NCBI GenBank assembly: GCA_963674705.1
Contig: OY771506.1
Span: forward strand, 3,168,001-3,232,000
Length of the DNA stretch: 64,000 bases
Source: Phycisphaeraceae bacterium
Lineage (GTDB): Bacteria; Planctomycetota; Phycisphaerae; Phycisphaerales; Phycisphaeraceae
Reading direction: 5' to 3'
Shown here: positions 50,211-60,938 of the stretch, piece by piece
Layout of the letters: every line of letters starts with the position of its first letter
Numbering within the stretch: the first letter of the stretch is position 1
Program-made: the position numbers and the translations under genes
Notes under the pieces: generated by a model
Seen by the model: the letters and a program-made list of their open reading frames with translations, nothing else
Told to the model about the DNA's origin: nothing
Database searches by the model: none

Positions 50211-50425
50211 GGTGAGGGCCGGAGCAGGAAAGATGTTGTTACTCACCCAATAAGTCAACAAGACAGTAAACACACAGTGGGTGGTGTCCGTTAACCATGA
50301 TGCGATTCGATCGCACCAGAATCCATTCAATGGTGATGGGCATCGGATTGATTTCGTCAGCGAAAGCAATCAGTACCTATAAGGCAGCCGGCCCTCACCC
50401 CGGCCCTTTCCCGGGGGGAGAGGGG
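50185..50425. repeat. inverted REP pair (CCCTCTCCC-N-GGGAGAGGG type), REPIN-like
   Basis: 38-nt arms 50185-50222 and 50388-50425, 34/38 inverted identity. Confidence 0.85.
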
Positions 50426-50439
50426 GTAAGAGGATGCAG

Positions 50440-51816
50440 CTACACTGCGATAGGTTCTAGCAATGCTTGCGGTGTATCGCAGATCGGTGTGTTGCCGCCT
50501 TTGATGCGGTCCGGGTCCAGGGCGAGTTTTACTTCACCGCCCACGATGGTGGTGATCGCACGGCCGATGACGTTCCAGCCGTCGAAGGGGCAGTTGCGGC
50601 TCTTGGATGCGAACTTGTCTGCTTCGATGGTCCAGGCTTGCTTCGGATCGATCACGGTGACATCCGCATCGGCGCCGATGCTCAGCGATCCCTTGCCTGT
50701 CAGGCCGCAGAGGTTGGCGCCGTTGATGGTCATCATCTCGATGAGTTTGGGCCAGCCGATGGCTTCGGATTCGATCAGGGCTTTGATATAAAGCGGCAGG
50801 GCGCATTCGAGACCGAGGATGCCGTAGGCGGCGGCGGTGAATTCGACTTGCTTATCTTCGAGGGTATGCGGGGCGTGATCGGTGGCGAGGATGGTGATTG
50901 TGCCGTCCTTGATGCCTTCGATGATTGCTTCGATATCCCGTTTGGCACGCAGTGGCGGATTCATCTTGAAGTTGGGCTCGTAGGTAGCGCAATCTTCTTC
51001 GGTCAGCAGCAGGTGGTGCGGGGAGGCTTCTGCGGTGATGGTGGCCTGCCCGATGAGGTCGGCTCTTGCCCGGCGGACGAGTTCGACGCTGCCGCCGCTG
51101 GAGATGTGCTGGACGTGGTAGCGTGTCTTTGAGCCTTGGGCCTGGTTGAGCATGATGTCGCGCTGGATCATCAGCTCTTCAGCGACACGTGGCCAGCCGG
51201 AGAGGCCGAGTTTTGTGGCTAAGGCACCGGCGTTCATCGCGCCGCCACCGAGCTGCGGGTCTTCGCAGTGCTGCATCAGCACTTTGCCGGTCATGGCGAT
51301 GTAGGAGAGTGCCTTAGCCATGACCCCCGCGGAAGCGACGCCGACGCCGTCATCGCTGAACCCGACCGCACCGCTGGCGGCCATCTGGGCGATCTCGGCC
51401 AGTTCCTCGCCGGCTCTGCCTTTGGTGATGGCGCCGATCGGGAAGACATTGGCGAGGTTCGCCCGTTGGGCCTGGCGGTAAACGAATTCGATGCGGGAGT
51501 CGTCATCCAGGGTTGGCTGCGTGTTGGGCATACAGCAGACGCTGGTGAATCCGCCCGCCACCGCTGCGGCGGAGCCAGTCGCGATGGTTTCCTTTTCTTC
51601 CTGTCCCGGCTCCCGGAAGTGGACGTGTACATCGATCAGGCCCGGGCTGACGATGCAATCCGAGGCGTCGATGACGATATTGTCCGCTGAAGCGTCGGGA
51701 TTGGCTGTTTTGCCGATAGCGGCGATTTTGCCGTCGGCCAGCACGATATGGGTGATTTCGTCGATCCCGTTACCCGGGTCGATCACCCGGCCGTTGATGA
51801 GTGTGACGGTTGGCAT
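50440..51816 (-). CDS. pyrC: dihydroorotase
   Basis: PGLIDVHVHFREPG, CCMPNT, KMNPPLR, ATDHAPH, SKSRNCPF. Confidence 0.95.
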   Translation of the reverse strand: MPTVTLINGRVIDPGNGIDEITHIVLADGKIAAIGKTANPDASADNIVIDASDCIVSPGLIDVHVHFREPGQEEKETIATGSAAAVAGGFTSVCCMPNTQPTLDDDSRIEFVYRQAQRANLANVFPIGAITKGRAGEELAEIAQMAASGAVGFSDDGVGVASAGVMAKALSYIAMTGKVLMQHCEDPQLGGGAMNAGALATKLGLSGWPRVAEELMIQRDIMLNQAQGSKTRYHVQHISSGGSVELVRRARADLIGQATITAEASPHHLLLTEEDCATYEPNFKMNPPLRAKRDIEAIIEGIKDGTITILATDHAPHTLEDKQVEFTAAAYGILGLECALPLYIKALIESEAIGWPKLIEMMTINGANLCGLTGKGSLSIGADADVTVIDPKQAWTIEADKFASKSRNCPFDGWNVIGRAITTIVGGEVKLALDPDRIKGGNTPICDTPQALLEPIAV

Positions 51817-52017
51817 GGCCGGTAGTTTATACAGATTCCTAACTAAAATCTGGCTAAAACCTCAAAATTGTCTGATGAAAGACATCTTGCAATTTGAACG
51901 GGGCACATGGTACAATGCAGTCACTGCGCTGCTCGGCTGTCGAGCGGCAGACCTTGAATTGTGATGCCCGTCTCGGCCTCCAGCCTTGATTGTGCCTCAC
52001 CGACTGGAGACCGATTG

Positions 52018-52326
52018 ATGAAGATTTACGTAGGTAACCTCAGCTTCCGTACGACTCAGCAGGAGTTGGAAGACTTGTTCACGAACTACGGCAGCGTGCA
52101 GGAAGCCGCCGTCGTGACCGACCGCGAGACCGGCCGCAGCCGTGGCTTCGGTTTCGTGACCATGCCCGAAGACAGTGAAGCCAATGCCGCCATCGAAGCC
52201 CTCAACGGGACCGAGATTGAAGGCCGCACCCTCACCGTCAATGAAGCCCGTCCCAAGGCCGACCGTCCGCGTAGCGGCGGCTACGGTGGTGGCCGTGGCG
52301 GCGGCGGTGGCCGCGACCGCTGGTAA
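52018..52326 (+). CDS. RRM RNA-binding protein with Gly-rich tail
   Basis: [23 protein letters not shown]. Confidence 0.95.
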   Translation: MKIYVGNLSFRTTQQELEDLFTNYGSVQEAAVVTDRETGRSRGFGFVTMPEDSEANAAIEALNGTEIEGRTLTVNEARPKADRPRSGGYGGGRGGGGGRDRW

Positions 52327-52368
52327 ATAATTCGTCGGCTCCGGCCGGCTTATAGCTGATAATCAATT

Positions 52369-52403
52369 AACACCCCGTCGATAAACCGGCGGGGTGTTTT
52401 TTT
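52369..52403 (+). terminator. intrinsic terminator
   Basis: AACACCCCGTCG...CGGCGGGGTGTTTTTTT. Confidence 0.85.
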
Positions 52404-52447
52404 CGTGTCAGAACACATCTCACGCGGCGGTCTGGTATCTTGAAACG

Positions 52448-53209
52448 ATGCAAGTTGTCCTTTGCCAGTTCGACATCGCGTGGGAAGACCGTGAACAGAA
52501 CCACGATCGGATTACTTCGCTGCTGGCACGCCAGTCGATCCGACCGGGTTCATTGATTGTCTTGCCGGAGATGTTTGATAGCGGTTTCACGAATCATGTG
52601 GATAAAGCGATTGATGCAGAGGGAAGGAGTCGTCGATTCATACGCGACCTCGCTCAGAAGTATTTGAGTGCTGTGGTGGCTGGGGTGGTGTGTAAACACA
52701 CGGATGGAAAAGGATTGAACCAGGCGTTGGTGGTCGGGCCGAATGGCAATGAACTGCTCCGGTACACCAAGATGCACCCGTTCAGCCCGGCAGGTGAATC
52801 CGAACACTATCTTGCAGGCGATAAGGTCGACACGTTTCAGCATGCAGGTTTCACGATCGCACCGTTTGTGTGTTACGACCTGAGGTTCCCCGAACGCTTC
52901 CGTGAAGCTGTCCGTCTGGGCGCCGAGGTCATGATTGTGATCGCCAACTGGCCCGGCACACGAGCGTCGCACTGGACCGCGCTGCTTGTTGCCCGTGCCA
53001 TCGAGAACCAGGCATACGTCATCGGTGTTAACCGCGTCGGGCAAGACCCGAAGTTAAGTTACCCGGGGCTTAGCATCGTGGTCGATCCTAAGGGACGCAT
53101 CATCGCTCAGGCCGACGATCGACCCGTCGCATTGCAGGCAGAGCTGGATCGCGTCTCATTGATGGAATATCGAAGACAATATCCGTTCCTGAAAGACATG
53201 CGGGAGTAA
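52448..53209 (+). CDS. carbon-nitrogen hydrolase (nitrilase superfamily, omega-amidase-like)
   Basis: LPEMF, YTKMH, VCYDLRFPE, ARAIENQ. Confidence 0.92.
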   Translation: MQVVLCQFDIAWEDREQNHDRITSLLARQSIRPGSLIVLPEMFDSGFTNHVDKAIDAEGRSRRFIRDLAQKYLSAVVAGVVCKHTDGKGLNQALVVGPNGNELLRYTKMHPFSPAGESEHYLAGDKVDTFQHAGFTIAPFVCYDLRFPERFREAVRLGAEVMIVIANWPGTRASHWTALLVARAIENQAYVIGVNRVGQDPKLSYPGLSIVVDPKGRIIAQADDRPVALQAELDRVSLMEYRRQYPFLKDMRE

Positions 53210-53245
53210 TACCGTTTGGTTTTTTTGATAAATCGATGCAAGCGA

Positions 53246-54322
53246 TCAGCTTTCTGGTAGATCAAATGTCTTTGCTGCATCGTTGATCAGGCCGGGCGGC
53301 GGTTCTTGTCCTGTAATAGACTGCGCAATCTTCGCAACGTGGGGATGGCAGTTTTCAATAAACAGGCGGAAGTTCTTCTGCGTTCCCGCAGCGGCGGTGC
53401 CGGCGATGTAGAGCCCGGGTATGTTGGTCATCATGGTTTGCGGATCGTACTTCGGCCCGCGGTTTTCGCCGACCAGTTCCACGCCGGCTTCTTCCAGCAG
53501 CGAGGTATCCATGCGGTAGCCGGTCATCAGCAACACGAAGTCGGCTTCGACATCAAACGGTTCGCCTTTGGAGGAGTCCGGCTCGCCGGCGCTGTCAGTC
53601 GGCATCAGTTGAACGTGTTGTTCAGTGATACGCTTGGGGAGGGTATTCGGATAAAACTTAATCTGTCCGGATTTGATTGATGACAACAGTTCGGGCAGAA
53701 GCCAGTACTTGACGTGTTTATCATCGAATTGCTCTTTGCGATAAGAAAGCGTGACATGAGCCCCTGCCCGCGCGCAGCGGATCGCCGCCTCGACCGCGGA
53801 GTTTCGGCCACCAACGATCAGCAGTTTTTGTGCAAAATACTGATGTGGTTCATCGAAGTAGTGGCTGACATGGCTGAGGTCTTCGCCGGGGACTTTCAGC
53901 ATCTGCGGGTGGTGCATGTCGCCGATGGCCATGACGACATGACGAACCTGGTAGGTGTGTTCGTCCTTTCCCCGGCGGGTTTTGACAATGAACTTCTCAT
54001 TGTTGGGGCAGATTCTGGTTACGCGCTCGAAGGTTCTAATGGATAACCCGAACTGCTGGACGATCCCGCGCAGGTAGGCCAGGTATTCCTCGCGCGTCGC
54101 TTTTTCCTGGTTGCTGGTCGCCAAAGGGACGCCCGCGATGGCGATACGTTCCGGGCCTGAGAAGAATTTGACCTGTTTGGGGTACCAGAAAATCGTCTGG
54201 CCGACCTGGCCCGCATCGACCTGGATGTAATCCACACCCATGTGTTTTAGAACAACCGCCAATTCCAGCCCGATCGGCCCGGCGCCGACGATCAGCACGT
54301 CTGTCTGAACTTCCTGATTCAT
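53246..54322 (-). CDS. YpdA-like FAD/NAD(P)H oxidoreductase
   Basis: GAGPIG, TREEYLAY, SHYFDEPH, GGRNSAVEAA, FIEN. Confidence 0.85.
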   Translation of the reverse strand: MNQEVQTDVLIVGAGPIGLELAVVLKHMGVDYIQVDAGQVGQTIFWYPKQVKFFSGPERIAIAGVPLATSNQEKATREEYLAYLRGIVQQFGLSIRTFERVTRICPNNEKFIVKTRRGKDEHTYQVRHVVMAIGDMHHPQMLKVPGEDLSHVSHYFDEPHQYFAQKLLIVGGRNSAVEAAIRCARAGAHVTLSYRKEQFDDKHVKYWLLPELLSSIKSGQIKFYPNTLPKRITEQHVQLMPTDSAGEPDSSKGEPFDVEADFVLLMTGYRMDTSLLEEAGVELVGENRGPKYDPQTMMTNIPGLYIAGTAAAGTQKNFRLFIENCHPHVAKIAQSITGQEPPPGLINDAAKTFDLPES

Positions 54323-54446
54323 ACAATCCATGCTACCGGTTGTTGAGGTTGGCGGACAAATCTGATGTTAAATTTAGTAAATCAGTACTTGCATTATCGG
54401 CCCGTGACGCTCATACTAGGGCATAGTTAGGTATTATTATTTTCAA

Positions 54447-56081
54447 ATGGGGGTCTATATGACATCTTTCTTCCGACATGTCGCATTCTCGGCATTGGCT
54501 ATCACTTTTTTGACTTCTAGTTATGGCATAGAGGCTGAGGCCGCTATTGTCGATGGAGTCATAATGGAAATTCCGCTGAATTATTCCATCAATCGTGTGA
54601 CCAGCAATAACGTCTCGGATCGAAACTACTATATCGATGGCACCACGATCTATTGGGAGCGGTTCGGTGGTGATGAGGGCGACTCCGAGGTATTCAGCTA
54701 TGACGTTGTGACCGGTGAAAAAAAGATGCTGACCCGGAACAACATGGAAGACACGCTCTATGGCCCGGGCTTGTGGATCAGTTCAACCATCCGGTCGGAA
54801 TACTCGGATTCACTTCGAAGTAAGCTCAGGATATTCCCCAAGCTCCAAAAACGATACCAGAAGAAGACGATACGCGAATATCGCAATCGAGAGGTTTATT
54901 GGAACGGCCAACAGATCACAGACGACGCCCGTTTTGAGAAGTCGGCATGTGCGGGTGATACGCCAAGTGACGGTATTGTCTGGCTAAGCAAGCGAATGCC
55001 GCTTGACAGCAATTCCGTTCCTTCCATGACCGAATACTTCGACGTCATGTGGTACAACCCGCAGACCGGTGAGACAAACCGTCTGACAAAGCGTCGCTAC
55101 AACGGTAAGCAATCAAAGATCCGCTTTTTCAGTACAGAGAATGCCAACACGCTTGTTTTTGACGGTGATTGGGCAGTCTGGACAAGTGGGCAGATTGTGA
55201 TGAATAATGTCAAGACCGGCGAATACCAGACGCTGGATACCAATTCTGCCGCCAGGCGGATCGAGGTCTCGGATGGTTATGTCAAGTACGAAGAACCGCA
55301 GCGGTGGGACTTCGATCGCCGCATTACCGAGCCTTTAGATGGGGGACTCACCCCTGTCGATAGTGGGCCAATAGTAATTGGGGACACACAGAGTAACAGT
55401 GCATTTATTAGTGTCCTTCCAACGGCGTCAGAGAACATCGGCGCTCGTGTGAAAGTGTACGACACCGCAACGCAAACACTGATGACGATGGGTGAAGGCG
55501 CGGGATTGGACTACTACTCGGATTCCAATGCCGTGTTAGATGGTCACTATGTTGCGTATGAGCGATCGTTCGTCTACCCAAGACTCGGCGGCGTTTGGTT
55601 GCCGTTCACAGATGATTATGAACCGCCGGTATATGATCCAAACCAATTACGCCTCTTCGACATCGAAACACAGGAAGACATCCTGATTACCGATGCGGGC
55701 TCGTTCGGCGGTCTTTGCATCGACGGCTATAAGCTTGTCTTCCACATGAGGGACCCCGCTGCAGGCGAGGGCACGGACGGGGATTACGAAATCTTTGAAT
55801 ACAATATCCTGACAGAAGAATTGCGCCAGGTCACCGACAACGACGTCAACGACATGTCGCCAAAGATCAGTGGCAATACGATTGTCTGGAGTTCATTCTC
55901 GGATGACTTCGAGAGAGATATCTTCTGCGAAACCAACGCCCTCAGTATGTTCCCACATATACCTCCTACGGGTGTAACAAATGGTCCCGCCGCAACTGTC
56001 GTTATGGTTCCGGAGCCAGCCTCAGCGATGTTACTGGGTCTATCAGGTCTGATGGTGATCCGTCGAGGCCGAAAGCACTAA
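54447..56081 (+). CDS. PEP-CTERM sorted surface protein with beta-propeller-like repeats
   Basis: Signal peptide; C-terminal VPEPASAMLLGLSGLMVIRRGRKH. Confidence 0.88.
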   Translation: MGVYMTSFFRHVAFSALAITFLTSSYGIEAEAAIVDGVIMEIPLNYSINRVTSNNVSDRNYYIDGTTIYWERFGGDEGDSEVFSYDVVTGEKKMLTRNNMEDTLYGPGLWISSTIRSEYSDSLRSKLRIFPKLQKRYQKKTIREYRNREVYWNGQQITDDARFEKSACAGDTPSDGIVWLSKRMPLDSNSVPSMTEYFDVMWYNPQTGETNRLTKRRYNGKQSKIRFFSTENANTLVFDGDWAVWTSGQIVMNNVKTGEYQTLDTNSAARRIEVSDGYVKYEEPQRWDFDRRITEPLDGGLTPVDSGPIVIGDTQSNSAFISVLPTASENIGARVKVYDTATQTLMTMGEGAGLDYYSDSNAVLDGHYVAYERSFVYPRLGGVWLPFTDDYEPPVYDPNQLRLFDIETQEDILITDAGSFGGLCIDGYKLVFHMRDPAAGEGTDGDYEIFEYNILTEELRQVTDNDVNDMSPKISGNTIVWSSFSDDFERDIFCETNALSMFPHIPPTGVTNGPAATVVMVPEPASAMLLGLSGLMVIRRGRKH

Positions 56082-56132
56082 TAGATAGACGAAGCGATAA
56101 CACAACAAACACATCCACGATTAGCGGTGTCA

Positions 56133-56528
56133 TTACGCTGCTAATCGTGGTTTTAATAGTGGCGCTTTGTGAGGTGCTTGCAGTTGCTCGATTTGCACTG
56201 CGAGCGTTCGATCGATCTTCGCGAGTCTTTTACGGAACCCTTTATACTTCAGGTAGGGGATGAAGCCCATCTTTCTGCAGATGATGACGTAGGTCTGCAT
56301 TTCACGGATGGTGCCGCGTATACCTGTCAAGGTTTGGCAGACCTTGTCCGCATCATCGACACCGTCGGCCTCGGCGATCTTGGCGGGGATGCCGGTCACC
56401 GTCCGGCGCATCGTCGCGGCAAGCCCCGACTTTTCATCCGCGGGAAAGTCGCGCGTCTGTTGGTAGACAAACTGCACCAGCTCCACCGAGTGCTGCCAGA
56501 CGACGAGTTTTTCGAAGTGTTCAGCCAT
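56133..56528 (-). CDS. four-helix-bundle protein (23S rRNA IVS/S23-like family), divergent
   Basis: FEKLVVWQ...FPADEKSGL...IPAKIAE. Confidence 0.8.
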   Translation of the reverse strand: MAEHFEKLVVWQHSVELVQFVYQQTRDFPADEKSGLAATMRRTVTGIPAKIAEADGVDDADKVCQTLTGIRGTIREMQTYVIICRKMGFIPYLKYKGFRKRLAKIDRTLAVQIEQLQAPHKAPLLKPRLAA

Positions 56529-56664
56529 CTCAGCCTTCATATCGGCTGAATCAACTGTGCGAATATTGGGTGTTGACGAGGGCCGTGATTACCGGCAACT
56601 GGCTTGGTTACCGGACGCGATAACGCTCATTCTGTGAGTGGGAGCATCAGTAACTGGTGTGTTC

Positions 56665-57687
56665 TTATTCTTCTTCCTCAGCCATCCCGGGCAACCATTC
56701 AGCCCAGATCAGTTGACGCTGGGGGTCCATGGTCAGTCGGAAGTTCTTCAGGAATGCGCCGCCGATCCGTCCGACCGGCCGTGCCTGGCGGTCGAACGCC
56801 TCGGGAGCCTGCTCGAACTGGACGGGCATGTCATTGAGCGTCAGACCGAATACTTCGAGTGTGTTTAACCATGTGTAGGTGCTGGCTACCGCGCCGCCGA
56901 CACCGGCGCTGTGGCCCGAGCCTGTGCCGGGTGTTGAGATAATACTCGGCCAAAGCGTCAGGCACTTACGTGGCAGCGTCAGCTCGTTGTCGGCGCCACT
57001 GTCCAGGATCAGCCAGATTTTCCGCCCCTTTCCCAGTTCCGCGTTAACTACCGGCAAGCCCGCAAAATCAAATCTGCCACGCACGGGCTTGACATCCTGC
57101 GGGGGCGCGAAGTCCTGCCTGCGGTAGACGGTCAGCGTGTCGTTGCTGTAATCCAATGTAAACGGCAAGCCACCCAACTCACGCACACCGATCAAACCGC
57201 TCACACTCGTGCCGATTCCCCGGCTCATCGGGTGCATACTGATCGCCGCGGCCCGTTGTCCTTTTACTTCCAATCCGCCAAATTCAAGCGAATCGTAGGT
57301 GCGGTACTTGAACGCTTGTGTACCACCGACGCCTACGGCTTTACTCGATCCTTCCGAGGCTAGTTCCAGCCTGCCCGCCAGACCGGTCGAGATCACCGTC
57401 AGATTGCTTCCTGTATCGAACATAAACATGCCTGCCGCTTGTCCATTTATTTTGGCGGGCGCAAGCAGGTAGCCGTTGTGGTTATGCAGCTTAATTGTCA
57501 ACGATGCCGGGAGGTTCGATGGATCGTTTACCGAGAATGTCCGTGCCGGGGCGGTAACCGTAGCCGCTACGACAGGTTCATGAGCGGTCTTTTGCCCGGC
57601 ACAACCCGCGACAACAACAATCAGAAAAGCCAGGCTAATCCGGCATAACCGCAGGGGCACACGTTGTGGGAGAGCTTGATAATCCAT
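56665..57687 (-). CDS. lipoprotein with tandem retropepsin-like aspartyl protease domains
   Basis: VAGC lipobox; FDTGS...GLIG and LDSGA...GRIG. Confidence 0.85.
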   Translation of the reverse strand: MDYQALPQRVPLRLCRISLAFLIVVVAGCAGQKTAHEPVVAATVTAPARTFSVNDPSNLPASLTIKLHNHNGYLLAPAKINGQAAGMFMFDTGSNLTVISTGLAGRLELASEGSSKAVGVGGTQAFKYRTYDSLEFGGLEVKGQRAAAISMHPMSRGIGTSVSGLIGVRELGGLPFTLDYSNDTLTVYRRQDFAPPQDVKPVRGRFDFAGLPVVNAELGKGRKIWLILDSGADNELTLPRKCLTLWPSIISTPGTGSGHSAGVGGAVASTYTWLNTLEVFGLTLNDMPVQFEQAPEAFDRQARPVGRIGGAFLKNFRLTMDPQRQLIWAEWLPGMAEEEE

Positions 57688-57899
57688 GGATAAGCGTTTC
57701 GAGTTCTAATTCACGAGATTTTAATATCGTTATGCGGTATTTTAGCTCAGGACGATCCCGTGTGCCTTGTATCTATTCCTATTCTTCTCGGACCCTTCTG
57801 GTTCGGATGTTTCACTGATTAAAGCACAATAATCCAGTTGCTGAAATTTGTCGAAAACAAAGGTGATAATCAACTTTCCATTCCGGTGAAGATAGATTT

Positions 57900-58352
57900 A
57901 TGGCAAACGAAGGCTCCAAAGAAGTAATCGACACATTGCACCTCACGGAGGCGCAGTGGAAGGCTTTGGCCGAACGTCTCAATGACACGGAGCCGTATCA
58001 GATGGGCAGACGCCGGCACGAGCGGCTCAGTTATCGCAAACTTATTCAGATCGCCGTGGCCATCCAGCTGCCTAACGGCCAATGGGCTGCGTACGCAGTC
58101 CGTTCACGTAATATCAGTGAAGGCGGGATCGGATTCATCCACGGTATGTTTGTGCATACCGGCACAGCCTGCCGCGTCATCCTCAAGACAAGTGATGGCG
58201 ATACCGTTTGTGTGGAAGGTGTCGTCAAATGTTGTGTGCTTCTCACAGGCAACGCGCATCACATCGGCGTACAGTTCAACCAGGAAATCGATATTGAGAA
58301 GTTCGTGATCGCACCCTCAGTTGCTTCAAATAAAACAGACGAAGCGACCTGA
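57900..58352 (+). CDS. PilZ domain protein
   Basis: RRHER and NISEGG motifs, IGVQF. Confidence 0.85.
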   Translation: MANEGSKEVIDTLHLTEAQWKALAERLNDTEPYQMGRRRHERLSYRKLIQIAVAIQLPNGQWAAYAVRSRNISEGGIGFIHGMFVHTGTACRVILKTSDGDTVCVEGVVKCCVLLTGNAHHIGVQFNQEIDIEKFVIAPSVASNKTDEAT

Positions 58353-58409
58353 TCATGAATATTGTGACATGCTTCCGACACGGCATGTTTACATCTGTAT
58401 TCGTCTGAA

Positions 58410-60008
58410 TCACTCCCACTCGATCGTTGCCGGTGGCTTGCTGGAAATGTCGTAGACCACCCGGTTCACGCCGCGGACCTCGTTGATGATTCGGTTGCTG
58501 ATCTCCGCCAGCACGTTGAACGGCAGACGTGCCCAGTCGGCGGTCATGAAGTCCTGGCTTTCTACGGCCCGAACCGCAATGACCTGCTCGTGCGTGCGGC
58601 CGTCGCCCATCACGCCAACTGCTTTGACTGGCAGCAGCACGGCGAAGACCTGGGCGGTCTTGCGGTAAAGGTTGTTTGCGACAATTTCTTCGAGCAGTAT
58701 TTCGTCGGCTTCACGCACCAGGTCGAGTTGCTCCTTAGTGACTTCACCAAGCACACGCACCGCTAATCCCGGGCCGGGGAACGGATGGCGCCAGACCATC
58801 TGATCAGGCAGGCCTAGTACAGAACCCAGTTTGCGCACCTCGTCTTTGAAGAGGTTGCGAAGTGGTTCGATCAGGTCGAATCCCAAGTCTTCCGGCAGAC
58901 CGCCGACGTTGTGGTGCAGTTTGATATTTGCCGCTGCGCCGGAATAGCCGTGGCCGGACTCGATGACATCCGGGTATAGCGTACCCTGAGCCAGGAAGCA
59001 GACACCCTCTATATCCGCCGACGCCTGCTTGAACACTTCAATAAAGCGGTGGCCGATACGTGTGCGTTTTTCCTGAGGCTCCTCAATTCCCTTCAGGTCA
59101 TCAAGAAAATCCTGTTCAGCATCGACGACGCGCAGGTCGACATCGAAGTGGCCCTTGAATGTCTGTTCGACAAGCTCACGTTCGCCTTTCCGCAAAAGGC
59201 CGTTGTCGACGAAGATACAGGTTAGTTGTTTGCCGATCGCCTTGGAAAGCATCGCAGCGACAACGGAGGAATCGACACCGCCGGAGAGCCCGCAGATCAC
59301 GCGTTTATCACCGACGACTTTGCGGATGCGGTCGACTTCGCTATCGAGAAAGTTACTCATCCGCCAGGAACCGTCGCACTTACAGGCATCGAACAGGAAG
59401 TTCGTGAGGATATCGGTGCCGTGGGGCGTGTGCGTGACTTCCGGGTGGAATTGCACGCCGTAGAAGGGTTTTTCCTTGTGGCGGACCGCTGCGTACGGGC
59501 ATGTGTTTGTTTCCGCCAGCGATTCAAAGCTGTCGGGCAGACTCTGGACCTGGTCGCCGTGACTCATCCATGCTGTCATGCTGGTGGGGATACCTTTGAG
59601 CAGATTGGCGTTATTGGTGATTTTGACGCGTACGCCACCGTATTCCCGTGCCTGAGCGTTACGGACCTCGGCCCCCAGCAGCATGCAGCCGATCTGCATG
59701 CCGTAGCATATACCCAGCACAGGGACGCCAAGCTCGAACAGGCGGGGATCGCATGTCGGGGCGCCTTCTTCATAGACGCTGCTGGGGCCACCGGAGAGGA
59801 TGATCCCGCGTGGTTTCAGAGCAGCCAGAGCTTCAAGGCTGATATCAGGGGAAACCAGCAGACTATAAACCCCGGCCTCACGGACGCGGCGAGCGATCAA
59901 TTGAACGTATTGCGAGCCGAAGTCCACGATCGGGATGACTTGCCCGGCAACACCTGCGGGCAATTCGATCGGTTCCGGGCCGGTTTTGGATTGGGTCGCA
60001 CTGGTCAT
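58410..60008 (-). CDS. guaA: GMP synthase (glutamine-hydrolysing)
   Basis: [42 protein letters not shown]. Confidence 0.97.
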   Translation of the reverse strand: MTSATQSKTGPEPIELPAGVAGQVIPIVDFGSQYVQLIARRVREAGVYSLLVSPDISLEALAALKPRGIILSGGPSSVYEEGAPTCDPRLFELGVPVLGICYGMQIGCMLLGAEVRNAQAREYGGVRVKITNNANLLKGIPTSMTAWMSHGDQVQSLPDSFESLAETNTCPYAAVRHKEKPFYGVQFHPEVTHTPHGTDILTNFLFDACKCDGSWRMSNFLDSEVDRIRKVVGDKRVICGLSGGVDSSVVAAMLSKAIGKQLTCIFVDNGLLRKGERELVEQTFKGHFDVDLRVVDAEQDFLDDLKGIEEPQEKRTRIGHRFIEVFKQASADIEGVCFLAQGTLYPDVIESGHGYSGAAANIKLHHNVGGLPEDLGFDLIEPLRNLFKDEVRKLGSVLGLPDQMVWRHPFPGPGLAVRVLGEVTKEQLDLVREADEILLEEIVANNLYRKTAQVFAVLLPVKAVGVMGDGRTHEQVIAVRAVESQDFMTADWARLPFNVLAEISNRIINEVRGVNRVVYDISSKPPATIEWE

Positions 60009-60173
60009 GGTTTTCCGTCCGTGTCAAAGCTTGGCAAAACGGGATGATAGCGAAAATATGCCAGGTCGGTAGCACGGACAGCTCTGGCGATTACGGAATA
60101 ATCCGGCTTGATTTGGTCTACGATTCACCATTTTCGCCGAACCTATGCCAGCTAAACACTTACAATGCACCGC

Positions 60174-60938
60174 ATGTTCACGCATTTGCTGATTATGCTT
60201 TCTTTGGCTGCCGTGCCTCCTTTGACACCGCAGCAGCAGGCACAATTGGAAGCGGTCCATGACGATACAACGGAGTTGATTGAGCCGGGTCTGGATGCAC
60301 TTCTCACGAACATCCTTCAATGGGAGTCGGCAGATGAGGCCGGTGCACGCATCCCCGATTATGACGGGCTTCTTGACAATCCGGCTGACGCCAGGGGGGA
60401 TCTTTTTCTGGTTGAAGGGCGGTTTGCCGGCAGGTCCAGGCGATACAAGCTACGTGAGGCCAATCCCTGGATGGGGGACGCACTGACCGAGTGGGTGATC
60501 CTCGTCCGCGAAGAGCCCGAAGAGGTGGCGGTGGTGTACTTCCTCGACCCGGAAGGGCTCATGGAAGCTCCAGGCACGGGGGCGGATGTGCGATTGGTGG
60601 GTCGGTTTTACAAAGTCTGGGCGGATACCGACCAGCAAGGGCAGTCGACACGTTACCTGACATTTGTCGCCCGATCAGCCACCGTGGCGGGGCAACGCGT
60701 TTCCGGCGATGGATCGATCCTACCGCCCATATGGCTCATTGTGGTGGTCTTAGGTATGACGTTTTTTTTCTTGCGACAGCAAATCAAGCGTCGGACGCCA
60801 AACGCGCCAAGACGCGTTATGCTGTCCGGTCCGGCCGGTCAGGATCAAACCGATCAAGACCCGGCCGAGGCCCTGAAGCAGATGACCGAGCAACATAAAG
60901 ACATAGATAGAACAGGCGAGAATCATGGCGACCGTTGA
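60174..60938 (+). CDS. hypothetical exported/membrane protein
   Basis: Signal peptide and late TM; overlaps the aroB start. Confidence 0.65.
   Translation: MFTHLLIMLSLAAVPPLTPQQQAQLEAVHDDTTELIEPGLDALLTNILQWESADEAGARIPDYDGLLDNPADARGDLFLVEGRFAGRSRRYKLREANPWMGDALTEWVILVREEPEEVAVVYFLDPEGLMEAPGTGADVRLVGRFYKVWADTDQQGQSTRYLTFVARSATVAGQRVSGDGSILPPIWLIVVVLGMTFFFLRQQIKRRTPNAPRRVMLSGPAGQDQTDQDPAEALKQMTEQHKDIDRTGENHGDR

Noticed and set aside
50223..50387. Remnant of an endonuclease gene between the REP arms
   Set aside because: No convincing motif in any frame by eye
56133..56528. Diversity-generating retroelement, suggested by the Avd-like four-helix-bundle protein
   Set aside because: No reverse transcriptase in the window, and the duplicated tails do not show adenine-specific mismatches as a TR/VR pair would
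58352..58460. Integrative element at the guaA 3' end, a known hotspot
   Set aside because: No duplicated guaA tail and no integrase found downstream
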